A stretch of DNA of 64,000 bases from Lophium mytilinum (Eukaryota): assembly GCA_010093605.1 (NCBI GenBank), contig MU004181.1, positions 2,790,001-2,854,000 of the forward strand, in the 5' to 3' direction. The position numbers were made by a program, and so were the translations under genes. Under the pieces are notes generated by a model that was given only the letters and a program-made list of their open reading frames with translations, ran no database searches and was not told the origin of the DNA. Shown here piece after piece: positions 50,484 through 62,442 of the stretch (position 1 is the first letter of the stretch; each line of letters opens with the position of its first letter).

Positions 50484-51047
50484 ATGGCACTACTGCAGCG
50501 CGGCTCTGCTGATGCCAGCGCACCACCACCTGCAGAATTGCCTGCGCCCGCCTCCCGCCCGTCCGCAGATGCTGCCTCGTCAAGCTCCTCGCTCACATCA
50601 CCCCGATCTCGGAAGCAATTGGGACTCTTCGTCGCTGGCGCGTCCTTCTTCATGATCTCTACAATCATCACCAGGCGTTCCATGGTCCGGCGATACAAGC
50701 AGGTCCAGCCCACCTTCTACCAGCCGAACACAAAACCCAACCTCTCCTTCAATGCGGGCCTGGAAGCCTTCGAAGCTCTGAACATCGCGACTATGAACGT
50801 CGCTAGCTTCTCCATGATGGTGGCGGGCGGTACACTGTGGACTTTCGACATATCGAGTATGGATGACCTGCGGCGGAAGATACGAGGCGGCCTGGGCGTC
50901 GACGGCACCGGCAGATCGGAGCAAGACGCGGAAGAGGAGATTGAGGAGTGGCTGGCTACAGTGCTTGCGCGGAAGGATGACAAGGAGCGAAAAAGAAAAG
51001 GCGGTGCGGATGAGCAGAGGACTAACGACCGGGGTGCGCCTCGGTAG
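50484..51047 (+). CDS. AIM11: Altered inheritance of mitochondria protein 11
   Basis: RKQLGLFVAGASF, AFEALNIATMNV, WTFDISSMDDLRRKIR; two TM segments. Confidence 0.8.
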   Translation: MALLQRGSADASAPPPAELPAPASRPSADAASSSSSLTSPRSRKQLGLFVAGASFFMISTIITRRSMVRRYKQVQPTFYQPNTKPNLSFNAGLEAFEALNIATMNVASFSMMVAGGTLWTFDISSMDDLRRKIRGGLGVDGTGRSEQDAEEEIEEWLATVLARKDDKERKRKGGADEQRTNDRGAPR

Positions 51048-51438
51048 GCTCGAAGGATTGTTACTGTTATGCATACTGGCTGGTTGTACAGATACTGTAC
51101 AAATATACGTCACATTGGAGTTAGGTGATGAAAGCCTTCACTTTCCGCATTATACCACACTCTAAGGATGGCCTTGAAACGCTTATGTGCTATATCTGAA
51201 GCTTCTGGATACATTTCTTATCCATATCCAGCGCTGGTATATCACCGCAGCTCCGAGATTATGGGGAATAAATGAAATGCCTCTAATCCTGAAAGCCCCG
51301 TTCTTGACTTCGCGTATAGTATTACACCACCCGACCCTCGCCGATTCCGTGATTATCTCCTAGGCTCATCCCTTCATGCAGTCCATCCCAAATAGCTTCA
51401 ACCTATCATTTCTCCGCCCTCAGCGATTACCCACTCAC

Positions 51439-51951
51439 TCATAACCTTCCTTCCCCTCCCTCCACATCCACCTTCACCCCCATAACCCCATCTCGATTCG
51501 CCCTCCACACCCCCTCCCCGCCCACAAAATTCTCCAGCTTCCAAATCTCCGCCCGCTTCTTCGTCTCCTCCAGCGCCTCCTCGCCCGCGCGCCATGCCGC
51601 CTGCCGATGCGGCGCACTGACCGCTATCAGGATGCTCTCCTCCCCCACCGGGACCTCGCCCAGCCGATGCACGATAGCGACGCCGAGGAGGCCGTGCTTG
51701 GTTTTCAGCGCCGTGGCGATGGAGAGGAGGGTGGTGAGGGCGAGGGGCGCGTAGGCCTCGTAGGCGAGGGTGGCGACAGGGCGGGCGTCGAAAGAGTCGC
51801 GGGTGGTGCCAGCGAAGAGGACGACGGCGCCGGCTTTGGGGGATTTAACGAAGGCGAGGGGTGTGAGGGGGTTGAGAGGGGAGTGCGTGAGGGAGACGGT
51901 GATGGCGGGGGCGGTGCGGGTTAGGGGGTCGGAGGGTGGGAAGGAGGACAT
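51439..51951 (-). CDS. cnxH: Molybdopterin synthase catalytic subunit (MoaE/MOCS2B)
   Basis: AGAVVLFAGTTRD, LAYEAY, HRLGEVPVGEESILIAVSAPHR, AEIWKLE. Confidence 0.93.
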   Translation of the reverse strand: MSSFPPSDPLTRTAPAITVSLTHSPLNPLTPLAFVKSPKAGAVVLFAGTTRDSFDARPVATLAYEAYAPLALTTLLSIATALKTKHGLLGVAIVHRLGEVPVGEESILIAVSAPHRQAAWRAGEEALEETKKRAEIWKLENFVGGEGVWRANRDGVMGVKVDVEGGEGRL

Positions 51952-52855
51952 TGTGGGAGGGGTGTGGTGAGGGTACTCGGGTAGGTTGAGGGAAGTATTG
52001 GTGCTTTGCGGTTGGTTAGTGGGTCTTGATGCTATGGATTGTGGTGCGCTCAAATAATTGACATAGGTGGTTTTGGAGAACTAAGACACTCGAGGATTGT
52101 GCTAGTCGACGTTGGCTAGTGTCGGTAGACCGCTTGCTGGTGGTCAGATTTGTGAAAGAGGTCAGAAAAGCGTGTGTTTTGCTTAAGGAGAGGTATTTGG
52201 AAAGGTATTGCTTGCCTAGAATGTCTCGTAGTTAAACCCTGTACGCTGCTTGCAGTTGAAGGCGGAAGAAGCGTTCGAAAAAGATGGCGGGGTAAAGCAT
52301 ACCTAATGGTGGGGTAAATTGGGAAACTCAAATCTCTCCAAGATTCATGATTGGAGAGATAGTCACGATTTCTCGGACTCTATAATCAACATAGAGTTGA
52401 TGCGGGATTGAGGAGAGACCTATCTCTGATAAAATCGAAAAAGACCTACCTTGGTAGGTAACCATGACCGGATCTCGGAGACATTTACGCTGGCAAGTCA
52501 TGAGCATGCTTCAGTTCAACAATCATAATTGGTGAAAAGTGAACACTGGCATTTCTCAGAGCTGATAGCTCTTAATTGTGGAAAGTAAGTACCTCAGTAG
52601 ATTCGCGGGTAGCGGTTCCAGATGCGATTCCATACGCCTGATCTTCCATGCATATACTGTACATTAATTCTATACTTGAAGACGTACTCCCAGAGGTCTC
52701 CGAGATCCTCTTGCTCCGTAATCTCTACATGTTCGAAGTAGAACATGCAAAATTGCGTTCGTATGTTTCTGGCCCACATGGTGCGGATGGACTCGACATG
52801 CTAGCTATGTTTACCGCGTGGTTGACCCGGGCATGGATTGGCCGCTTCTTCACTC

Positions 52856-53973
52856 TCACATCAACAGAGCCTCCTTCTTGCTGCTACTTGAGCTTGGAAA
52901 TTGGCGACCCGATTGGGGACCTTTCCTGCTGCTATCTATCAAGAGCCCGCGAGTTCGAAGCGTCTGACTAAGGGATACGTTCGTAGTGCTCTGTCCGTTT
53001 GTTACAGAGTCCGCAGCCGAAGGGTGGGTATTGTCAAAGGGAGATTTGAACGAGCCAATACCTGCCTCGTTGGTATTGCTACGACTGTTGACAACGGACT
53101 GCTCGCAGGCTTTCTCTGACGAGTACACAAAGCAGGAAGAGAGGAGGAAGGTGACAAGTCCTACACCAGCGACGACAAGATAGACAATGGCGATCTATAG
53201 AATAGTTAGAGAGCTGTAGCAAAACAACGGTACGACTAGGGAACACTCTGTACCTTTGAGTCGTCGCCCCATGCCTGTCGTCGGATGAACGGTGTGCAGA
53301 TATACACCGTCAAGCCGGCCAGAAAGGTGCACCACGCGTAGCTCATCTGCATTGATGGGAATTGCCAGAAGAACAGCATCAACCAATGGCCTATCCCTGG
53401 CCTCTTCTTGTATCGCAGGATCACGCGGCGTGTTCGTTTGAGGTCGTATTCGGGAATGGAAGCGTCGTTCAGCACGTCCTTGTCTGGTAGATCATCGAGG
53501 ATGCTCTTCTGCTGGATTGATGTGATGATGCCCCAGATTGAGCAGGACAAACTAGTGTACCACAAAGCTGACGCCGCCCAGTGTGGAGACTGCTCCTGGT
53601 TCCATGATAGCGTTGCGAGGGATGCTCCGGCGCAAAAAGAGGCCTATATCAATTAGTATTGTAGTCTTTGAAAATAATCCGAAGCGTTCAAAGCGACAGA
53701 AGCACTCACCGCTACCTGAACTGATTGCAGTTCTTGGTACTTATCCTCCCTCCAGTCAGCGACAAGCCGGCAGACGGCCTTGCGGTCTCCATCCGCAGCC
53801 CTGATCTCTTTCAGGGGTTTCCATGTATAGAGCTTGAAGGTTCGACGGTATGGCGCGGTGAGGAAGCCCAAGAAGATCTTTCCGGGGACAGCATACCAGG
53901 CAGGCTTGTTATAGACACGATGGGGAGTCGACGAGGGCTCTTCACGCGTTGGAGGGGAGCTGGCGTCGGCCAT
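52856..53973 (-). CDS. Hypothetical multi-pass membrane protein, at least 3 exons
   Basis: ORFs 53653-53973, 53236-53565 and 52856-53128 link through GT-AG introns; four hydrophobic segments; WQFPSMQMSYAW motif. The 3' end is uncertain. Confidence 0.65.
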
Positions 53974-54590
53974 CAGTCTAGCCGACTTGGTATCCAGGTT
54001 CCACAGCAGTTTTAGGCGACCCTGAAACTCTCATCCACCCTTCTCTCCTTCGTTGATAGCAACTGATGGCTTCATATACCCGCAGACGCTCTTTGTCCCA
54101 GGCTGAGAAGGCAACTGAAGTCGTTGGATCAAGGTGTGTGCGTCAGCTGCGCCTTGCACAAGCTATGGGAAGTACTAGGTTCGAATTCGGCCGCCAGCAA
54201 AGCACTTTGAGGACCTCGCGTGGTCATGTGGTTTCACGAAACATGACATTCGCGGGTCTAACAACAACTAGCTGCGTACGTCTGCTAGCGCTTTCTAGGG
54301 TAATTCAGCTCTATAGGTAAATTACTATGCCCGAAGTCAAATTCGAGAGGTTATCACAAATAGTTGCTGATATGCTGCTTAATAATAAGCACGTATTAGC
54401 CATTGTTGATTCTTGACTATATGAGCTAGGTACTCTTCGGCAGGTCGGTCTCTCGAAAGTGACTCAAACGCTCTAGGCTTGGGATACGTTTCACACAAAT
54501 ACTTGAAGTTTGCTCAGGTGCTCCCACTATATCTAGAACCAAGAACTCTTACGTTCAAATCTTTGTTCGTCTTCATTCGCGTACGCCATA

Positions 54591-55097
54591 ATGTCATCGT
54601 CCGCCTATGTCCTTCGAAATCACACCCCCAGCCCGCAAGAGTATCATGATATTCGAAAGGCGGCCGGTCTCACGCCCCCACCACTGGAGGCCAGCATACC
54701 GGCCCTAGCGGCCTCTTGGGTCTGCTATAGTGCCTTTGAGAAATCCAAAATAGACACAGAGGAGAAGCCGCCAGTTGTTGCCATGGGTCGCGTCATTGGC
54801 GACGGCGCGCTATTCCTTCAAATTGTCGACATTGCGGTCCATCCTGACCACCAGCGCAAAGGTCTGGGGAAAGAGATCATGCGCAATCTCGTCGAGTACA
54901 TTGACAAACATGCCCCCGACGCGTATGTGTCTCTGGTCGCAGAACCTAAGGGACAGAAATTGTATCGCCAGTACGGATTCGAGGACTGTGCCCCTAGCCT
55001 TGGAATGTGGCGGTCTGAGCGCGTCAAGCAGTACAGAGCGGCGAAGAATGCTAGAGAGGATGAAGCGGCTCCGTTGGTAGAGTCTAGAAGCTCATAA
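54591..55097 (+). CDS. GNAT-family N-acetyltransferase
   Basis: MGRVIGDG, IVDIAVHPDHQRKGLGK (acetyl-CoA motif A), LYRQYGF. Confidence 0.9.
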   Translation: MSSSAYVLRNHTPSPQEYHDIRKAAGLTPPPLEASIPALAASWVCYSAFEKSKIDTEEKPPVVAMGRVIGDGALFLQIVDIAVHPDHQRKGLGKEIMRNLVEYIDKHAPDAYVSLVAEPKGQKLYRQYGFEDCAPSLGMWRSERVKQYRAAKNAREDEAAPLVESRSS

Positions 55098-55665
55098 TTG
55101 GGGAAGCAAGGGTCATGTTGTCAATGCATCGGCGGTTGGAGATAATACCACGTACAGGGTATCTTGGCAGTCGGCATCCAAGTCATCGAGGCAAGTTACC
55201 GATGAGGTTGGATAGCTTTTCTTCGAAATGTCGCAAATGCTGTTATACCAGCAATAGACGGAATAATTACCAATTCGAACAAGCTTGGTGAAGACGTTGT
55301 ACCTAGGTACAGAGCTTGCGGAGAATTCAGTGAGCCAACCGCGGCGAAAATCGAGGTTGAAACGTAAACAATCGAAGCTATAGCCCGCTCAGCAGTACCT
55401 TTCAAGAGGGTGAAATAGTAGAAATAGGAAAACGACCCCCTGGAAGCTCGCACAGGAACCCCGATGTAGTGAGGGCAGGGAGGGGAGAGGGGCACTGCGA
55501 ATCGATAGATTATCGCTACAAGGGGAGGGATAACACCCCCGCCACAACAAGGCGTGGTTGAAGTGACCAGGAATCGTCACTATTCAACTTCACTGCCGCG
55601 CGCTCTCTGCTATGCTTCCTCCACAACTTCACGCGTTTTTCAAAGCTCCATGAAAGACACATCAA

Positions 55666-58276
55666 ATGGCAACTCTCACGGCAACTCCTCCAAGTACAGG
55701 GCGGTGCGAGAAGCCAGTATTTCCAGTACGTATCCTCCAGGGCACTCCTTGTAAGCCGCCGTGGTACCACTGCTGCTGGCCTTGACTTCCACGCACCAGA
55801 ACAATATCGCAGACACGACTGACCGGATACCCAGATTCTAGAGCTTCCAGATGAGCTACGCGACCTTGTCCTGGGCTATGTAGCCCCACCAGACCTCCGC
55901 AACATCTGCCTTGCCGGCCGCTCAATTTACGCCGCTGCCGTAGCCTTCCTCTGGAAACATGTTGTCTTGGTGGACGCCTGGACACTCTATTCTGGGGCCC
56001 CAGATTACCAAAAATGGGGAGAGCGCGGTTGCGGCGATCCTGACGAGCACGATGATACCCCAATAATACGGCGATTGCTCGTGCTGGCCAGGTAAGGCAT
56101 CGTGCATGCGTCTTCAAAGACCATGCTAACTTGAGGCAGGAACCCGCTCATCGCGTCCAAGGTCCAGAAGCTTACCCACCGGTGCCATCTTCCAACTCCT
56201 GGCATCTTTAATGAGCTCCCCAAGATGTTCTTCCACGCCCAAACACTGTCGCAAGATCCGCGCACTCGACGGCTTGTTCACCTAGCGATTCAGAATATGG
56301 TCAACCTGCAGACTCTGAGGATCGTTTTTGGCCATTGGCACCTCACAAAGGCCCTGTTGGAGGGATTTCTGGATCCAGCCCGGCCAAAGCGCGTACCCCT
56401 CCGAAAGCTCTGGTTGGAGAGTGTGTCTCTGGATAACGCGGAAATCGATTTCGGAGACAACATGGACCTTTCCGGATTGAAGAGCATTCGGATTCGGCGA
56501 CTCAGAGCTCAGAATGCGAATGAGGTCGCCATGTCCTTTCCAGAATTCCAACTCAATCGCGGAGGGCACCCAATGAACATGCACAACGGTGCTGGCGGCT
56601 ACTATCAGACGACTGTCAGTTTTGAGGAATTGCCGGGTCCGCACAGGGGAAGGATACATGACGTCGAAGCACTGGTGAAGATCGCGGAAGGGTTCGATGA
56701 CCGTATTTACGATGCTCTACCGGAAGCGAAAGAGTTTATCGAGCAATCCCTCCAGAACTATCTGATACCGACGAGTAGAAGTGGTCAGACATCTGCAACC
56801 CCTTTCATTCGAATACTGCAAATGTCAGCACAAAGTCTTACCAATCTAAATCTGGACTGGGTGCTATGGCGAAGATTAGACCCGAGCAAGAGTCCTGATG
56901 ATGAGCGCAAGGCTGCGGAGATGATTGACCTCCTTTCGAAATTGAGGTTTCCCAGCCTGCGAGCGTTCCAAATCCGTAATGCGGTTGTGGAGCCCACCAA
57001 GCTACCCGAGGGAAACTACCTTCTAGACCGAAACAACCACGGCGCCACGCCATTCCTTGACTTCATAGAAGCTCACTCTAAGCTTCAGTGCTTAGCATGG
57101 CCAATGGATAGATTCTATTCATTGAGACGAGCCCCCGCAATTGTGGCATATAGAGCCCGCGAAGTCGTCGCCCACCTTGGAAGAACCTTGTTAGACTTGA
57201 GAGTCGATTCCTACTACGATCAGCAAGGAGAGCCAATGACTGACGAGAGCACGACATCTTTGGGTTTGGAGGCAAAAGCTCGAAGGCGACGATTCATCGC
57301 CGAATTTGCTCCCCAGCTGACGAAGCTAAAGCAGATAAAGATGGAAGGCGGAATCCCGCGAGACGAAAAGAGAGAGATCATCCGAGCTCTGCATTACTCT
57401 CCCTTGGAAAAACTTGTACTCATCGGCGTATCTTGCCCCATAGGTAACACTTGGGGCTTAAATGCCGAGGACCTCAAGCGGATAGATGAAGGAGAACACG
57501 AATATCTTGGAGTACTGGAAGAAGAGCACAAGGACTGCCTCCTTTCTTTGACCTACGGAGCTCCTACGGTATCACGCGATTTCAAATTCGAGCCGGCATA
57601 CGGATGGCCACCAGGCCCACCCATGATGTACACCATTGCCGCACATCACGCCTCAACAGTCACCGAACTGAAATTCTGTGGCTACAACGGCTCGCCAATC
57701 CTCTCTCAATCGACGCCAATCACACAAAGCCTTCTGTCGCACCTCCGCTGTTTCCATAACCTAAAACAGCTCGTCCTCTCCATGTGGATCCTTACGTACT
57801 TCGACCACGAAGACCGCGATGACGAGATCATCTCTTCATGGTTGAATACCCGTTCTCCCTCTTCCACCGCGATGGTCGTTGTCACGCCCGCCGGAGCATC
57901 GCCGAACCCCTCTCCGACTAGTTCTCAAGAAGCTCCACCGCTCGTCGCACCCACCGTTGCTCCAAACACCCCGCCAGACGGGCCTGCTCCCGAGTTCGAC
58001 AGATGGGCCGTCCTCCTCCGCACCAAGTTCTCGCCCTCCGCCCTCGCGTACCGCGTCGCGGCAGACATCGGCCCGTACCTCAGCGAGCAAGCGAAGGAGA
58101 GCCCCGGAGGCGTGCGCGTGCGTGCTAGCTTCTGCCTAGGGACATCAACGGGGGACATCTTCGATCTAGACCTCCGAATCGGGCGTGGTGATCAGGTGCT
58201 CGAGTTTGTAGGGCCGCGAGAAGAGGGGGAGAAAGGTAGGTGGTGGGATAAGTTGGAGGCGAGGAGGTGGTTTTAA
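55666..58276 (+). CDS. F-box protein with an LRR-like body, 3 exons
   Basis: Upstream exons give FP|ILELPDELRDLVLGYVAPPDLRNICLAGRSIYAAAVAFLWKHV (F-box) and splice into the 683-aa ORF, which has LRKLWL/LTNLNL/LEKLVL repeats. Confidence 0.8.
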
Positions 58277-58480
58277 GTGTGGAATGTGAGTTTTGAAAAT
58301 GGATTAGCCACGGAGTTTGGGTGTCTCGTTTAGGTGTTACTCCCCCTTCAATGGGGCAGCTGGTGGGATAAGTTGGAGGCGAGGAGGTGGTTTTAAGTGT
58401 GGAATGTGAGTTTTGAAAATGGATTAGCCACGGAGTTTGGGTGTCTCGTTTAGGTGTTACTCCCCCTTCAATGGGGCAGC
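58241..58480. repeat. Perfect tandem duplication, 2 x 120 bp
   Basis: 58241-58360 and 58361-58480 read identical base for base. Confidence 0.95.
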
Positions 58481-58743
58481 TAATCGGTTTCTTTCGAATA
58501 ATTGCCTTGGATGCATTGCGGCATGCAAGGGTACGTGGAGGGCTGAATGGATCTCGGCGGAGGAGTGAGGGAGGAGGACTGCTTAATGGGACTAGGAGGG
58601 GCTATGGTCTTTTGTAGATAATTGTAATAAGAGTAGATAAGTTCGATTACCTGTCGGTAGTTTTCAATGTGCTCTTGATTTCAGGTTGTGTTTAACGTGC
58701 ACTTTAAATCAGGTCCGAAGAAGTCGGTTGATTTGAATGCGGC

Positions 58744-59062
58744 GAGATGCACAACCGGGAGCCGGTCCATGCGATTCGGGTTCGATCCGGACTTATTATT
58801 GACAGACGCCCTAGATCATGTCATTGAAATGGGGTTGTGTTCATCGTTACAAGATGTATGAACGGGAGCCAGTCCGTGCGAACTGAACAAGATTTTGGCA
58901 CGTTATGGACGCACAATCTAGATCGGAACATGGAAACGAGGTAGATTTCAGTGTTCCGAGATGTATACGGGAGCCTGTCCGTGCGATTTGAACTCGATCT
59001 TGGCTTGTAATTGACGAACACCCTGGATTAGAACAAGGGCGATAGGCTGAGTCCGATGTTTG
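58744..59062. repeat. Degenerate tandem array, 3 x ~107 bp
   Basis: Units start at 58744, 58851 and 58958; shared core AGATGYA…CGGGAGCCNGTCCRTGCGA. Confidence 0.8.
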
Positions 59063-59192
59063 GCACTGCCAGTGGTCTTTCACACAGTCTCTGACCTCGA
59101 TGTATCGGTGATCTTGGTGGTGCTAGATGGTATGTTTTACAGCTAATATACAGCCAAGAACGCTATGCATTACCTGCCAGATTTCCAGAACC

Positions 59193-60920
59193 CTATATCA
59201 CAAACATTCTCGCAGCGGCCCTGTCTGCTTCTTCATACCTTTCCTTCATAATGAGGTCACTCACTTTCTCTAGGCGTTGAAGCACATCCTTCTCTTCAGA
59301 CTCTAGCTTCTCCACAACTTCGGAATTCCTGCCTAGGCCAATCCAGCCCTTCCAGCTAGGTGAATCCTCGGCTTTCGCCTTTGCGTCTTTCACCAATCGT
59401 CCCATCATCTTAGACCAATTGTCCAACCCCGCCTCTTCGCACTCCATGCACTTCCTGCGAGCCTTTTGATCTGTAGGTTCGGATGCGGTGTACGATTTCG
59501 CGGTTTGCACGGCCTCGCGCGCCCAGCTCAGGCCTGCTGAGCGCTGTGCATCGGAGGATGCGGAGGCGAAGAGGATCTCGCTGATGAAGTTCATGAGCGT
59601 AGCTTCTTCGCACACGTCCGATGGAGAGCGTAGTAGCGGCTCGTCACCTGTGGGAGGAAGTGCAGGGTAAGGGGGTGTCTCCACAAATTGGCGGATTGAA
59701 TTCCATATTGAGGACTCCACCTTTGGCGGAGGTGGAGCAATGGGGGCAGGTGGAGCAGCGCGTCGTGCGCGTAGAACAGAGAGAAATATTGGAAGAGCGG
59801 TGGCGACATTGCCCGTTGTCGCGTAGTGCGTTGCCATAGTTGTCGCGGCGAGCACGACGTTGGGCGTCACAGAAGGCGCGGAGGCGAGTATCACGCCCGT
59901 TTTTCCGTTGATTATGTTCGTGGCATCGGGGAGACCGGCGCACGCGATGTCAAGGCCCCATTGGTACATTTCCTCGGCAGATTCATTCAGACCTTTGAAT
60001 GCTAACCAGTCCGCATAGCTAAGAGCAGCGGTGAGCCGTTGGTGAGAGGTGAAGCCTGGCGTCGTAAGAATCTTGAGGTAATAAGTCTCCGGAGGTCTCG
60101 ATATCAGCTCGCAGTTCTCTTCTAGTGGCGGATCAGGGGCGCGCGGAGGTGGTGGCCGAGGTTTTGGGTTCGAAGCGGTTTTTATGTGCTCCGGTGGCCA
60201 TGCAAGTTTGTGGCCCCTTTTGGTCGTCTTTTCCACTACCCATCCGTCGATGTGCTCCGCTGCGCGTCCCATGCCTATTAAAACCTCGTAGTACCCCTGA
60301 CGCCATTCCTCGCTTTTCCCAGTGATGTCAAATCCAGCTTTTCCAACGCCAGGTACAAGGATGCCTCCCTCTTCCTGCTCTTTCAGCCCAGCGCCATCCT
60401 TGCTCGTATCTTCAAGCCTATCGAGAGCACCCATGAACTGGAAGTAAGTCTTCACCCAGTCTGGAACACCGCTCTGATTATTTTCGGGCACCTCCTCCCA
60501 GCGTCCATTACGAAAGTAATATTTTGTGATTAAGCTCCATTCCGGGGGTGAGGGGAAAGCGCGTTCTTGTTGCTCCGATAGGATAGCCAAACTGGCTATT
60601 GTACCAAGTGACGATATTGCGAAGAAGATGATCGAGAACTTAACAGAAAGCTTCGCGGTGTCTTTTATGTATTTTTTCCGTTCAGTGGTAAGTAGTCGAT
60701 TTAATTGCCACTGTCCATTGCGAACCCGTGGATGTAACCGGTGTGAGGATGGGTATAGGAACGGGAGCTGCGGTCGAGGGGAAGCAGGCGATACGACGAG
60801 CAGGAGCTGTGAGTTGTGGGAGAACTGCCGTGGTGTTGGAGATCGAGAGCTTGGGTTGCGACATCGTGACGGTAGCGTGTGAGGTATGAGGCGACAAGCT
60901 GGGAGGCGCGATGTAGGCAT
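59193..60920 (-). CDS. Uncharacterised, probably mitochondrial membrane protein (presequence, 1 TM, helical domain)
   Basis: 575-aa intronless ORF; Arg/Ser-rich, acid-free N-terminus; TM FSIIFFAISSLGTIASLAIL; FPSPPEWS motif. Confidence 0.75.
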   Translation of the reverse strand: MPTSRLPACRLIPHTLPSRCRNPSSRSPTPRQFSHNSQLLLVVSPASPRPQLPFLYPSSHRLHPRVRNGQWQLNRLLTTERKKYIKDTAKLSVKFSIIFFAISSLGTIASLAILSEQQERAFPSPPEWSLITKYYFRNGRWEEVPENNQSGVPDWVKTYFQFMGALDRLEDTSKDGAGLKEQEEGGILVPGVGKAGFDITGKSEEWRQGYYEVLIGMGRAAEHIDGWVVEKTTKRGHKLAWPPEHIKTASNPKPRPPPPRAPDPPLEENCELISRPPETYYLKILTTPGFTSHQRLTAALSYADWLAFKGLNESAEEMYQWGLDIACAGLPDATNIINGKTGVILASAPSVTPNVVLAATTMATHYATTGNVATALPIFLSVLRARRAAPPAPIAPPPPKVESSIWNSIRQFVETPPYPALPPTGDEPLLRSPSDVCEEATLMNFISEILFASASSDAQRSAGLSWAREAVQTAKSYTASEPTDQKARRKCMECEEAGLDNWSKMMGRLVKDAKAKAEDSPSWKGWIGLGRNSEVVEKLESEEKDVLQRLEKVSDLIMKERYEEADRAAARMFVI

Positions 60921-61167
60921 TGCGCTCGGGGAGGCGGAAGTGCGAATGGGCCGTCGAATGTCTCCGCCTGTATAGAATCATGGTGTTGAGTTGGGATTCG
61001 GCCACTCCAAGCGCATATCTCAGCACGCCAGACAAAGCGGTGAAGAAATTCTGCCCCGCTAAAAAAGTTCGGGGCCTCAATTTTCCCACCAGGCCACCTT
61101 AGCTCGAGCTTCAATTCTATACACTACTCTTCGACATTTCAATTTTGGATAGAACCTACCATCCAAC

Positions 61168-62442
61168 ATGTCCAAGGAACCGAAAGATAAGCAAGCAAAA
61201 CAAGAGAAGGAGGAGAAGCGGGCACGGAAAGAAGCCAAACGTGAGAAGAAACGGCTGGCTGAAGAGGCTGCCGCCGCGGTAGCAGAGCCGGTACAAGCTG
61301 TGCAGGAAGTCGACGCGAAAGGATTGAAGGAGAGCAAAAGGTCGAAGAAAAGGAAGCTTGAGGATGAGGTAGCAGAAGAGCCTAAGAAAAAGAAGAAGTC
61401 AAAGAAGAGCAGCAATGACAACGAAGCCATGCAAGACGCCGCCGTAGCTCCGATTGAGGCCGCGGAAGAGGTCAAGAAGCCAAAGAAGTCCAAGAAAGCC
61501 AAGAAAGAGGACGTTATCGAGGACGACGCCGCTGTAACTTCCACCGAACCTGAACGAGAATCCAAGAAGTCCAAAAAGTTGAAGAAGACGAAGTCGGAGG
61601 CAGACACTTCGAAGGCGACAGAAAAGGCCACAAACGGAGTATCGGAGGTAGACGGCGACGTTTCTGAGAGCCAACTCAAGGCGCTGAAGAAGAAAGCGAA
61701 GCGAGATGGCAAGGCCGGGAAAAAAGCCTCGAATGGTGTGTCTGGGGAGACACCCGCGGATAGTGAAGTTGCAGATGCCGATGCGCCCGTGGCGAAGAAG
61801 CAGCGCTTCATCGTCTTCATAGGTACGGTATTCGCACAACTTGCCTGCGACAGTCCACTAATAGATTAAATTTCCAGGTAATCTTCCCTATAGTGCAACA
61901 GAAGAGTCGATCAAGCAGCACTTCATCAAAATACGCCCAACATCTATTCGCCCTAGAAAGGGCTATGCGTTCATGGACTTCAACGACTACGACCGTATGA
62001 AGACCTGTCTATCTCTATATCACCATAGTTCGTTTGATGATGGAACTTCGCCAGCACGGGAAATAAACGTGGAATTGACGTGAGTTATGACCCTTTCCAC
62101 AATATTGTCAATGAGACCACTAAGTACATGATTTCTTTACTATCAATTACATTTGACTAATACGACTCCTCATCCAGAGCTGGTGGAGGCGGAAATACTG
62201 TAGAGCGAAAAGCCAAAATCGACGCCAAGAACGAGAGACTCAACGAACAACGCGAGCGTCGCAAGGTCGAGGAAGAACGCCAGAAGAATGAGGGAGATAC
62301 CAAGGGATCGCGACCGCTTTCAGGCAAGAAGGCAGAGAAAACGGCAGAGAAGAAGCCACGACCTACACCGGAGAAGAAGCCTGCGAAGGGCGAGGCACAC
62401 GTTGGTATCCATCCAAGTCGATTGGGCCGGTTACTATTCTAA
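61168..62442 (+). CDS. NOP6: Nucleolar RRM protein (Nop6-like), 3 exons
   Basis: Lys/Glu-rich N-terminus, RFIVFIG|NLPY (RNP2), KGYAFMDF (RNP1), INVELT|AGGGG, C-terminal GIHPSR; introns 61823-61877 and about 62080-62177. Confidence 0.8.

Noticed and set aside
58744..59062. CRISPR-like or tRNA interpretation of the 107-bp array
   Set aside because: The 'spacers' align with each other, the DNA is eukaryotic, and there are no cas genes. The GGTTCGATCC motif is in one unit only and I could not build a cloverleaf.
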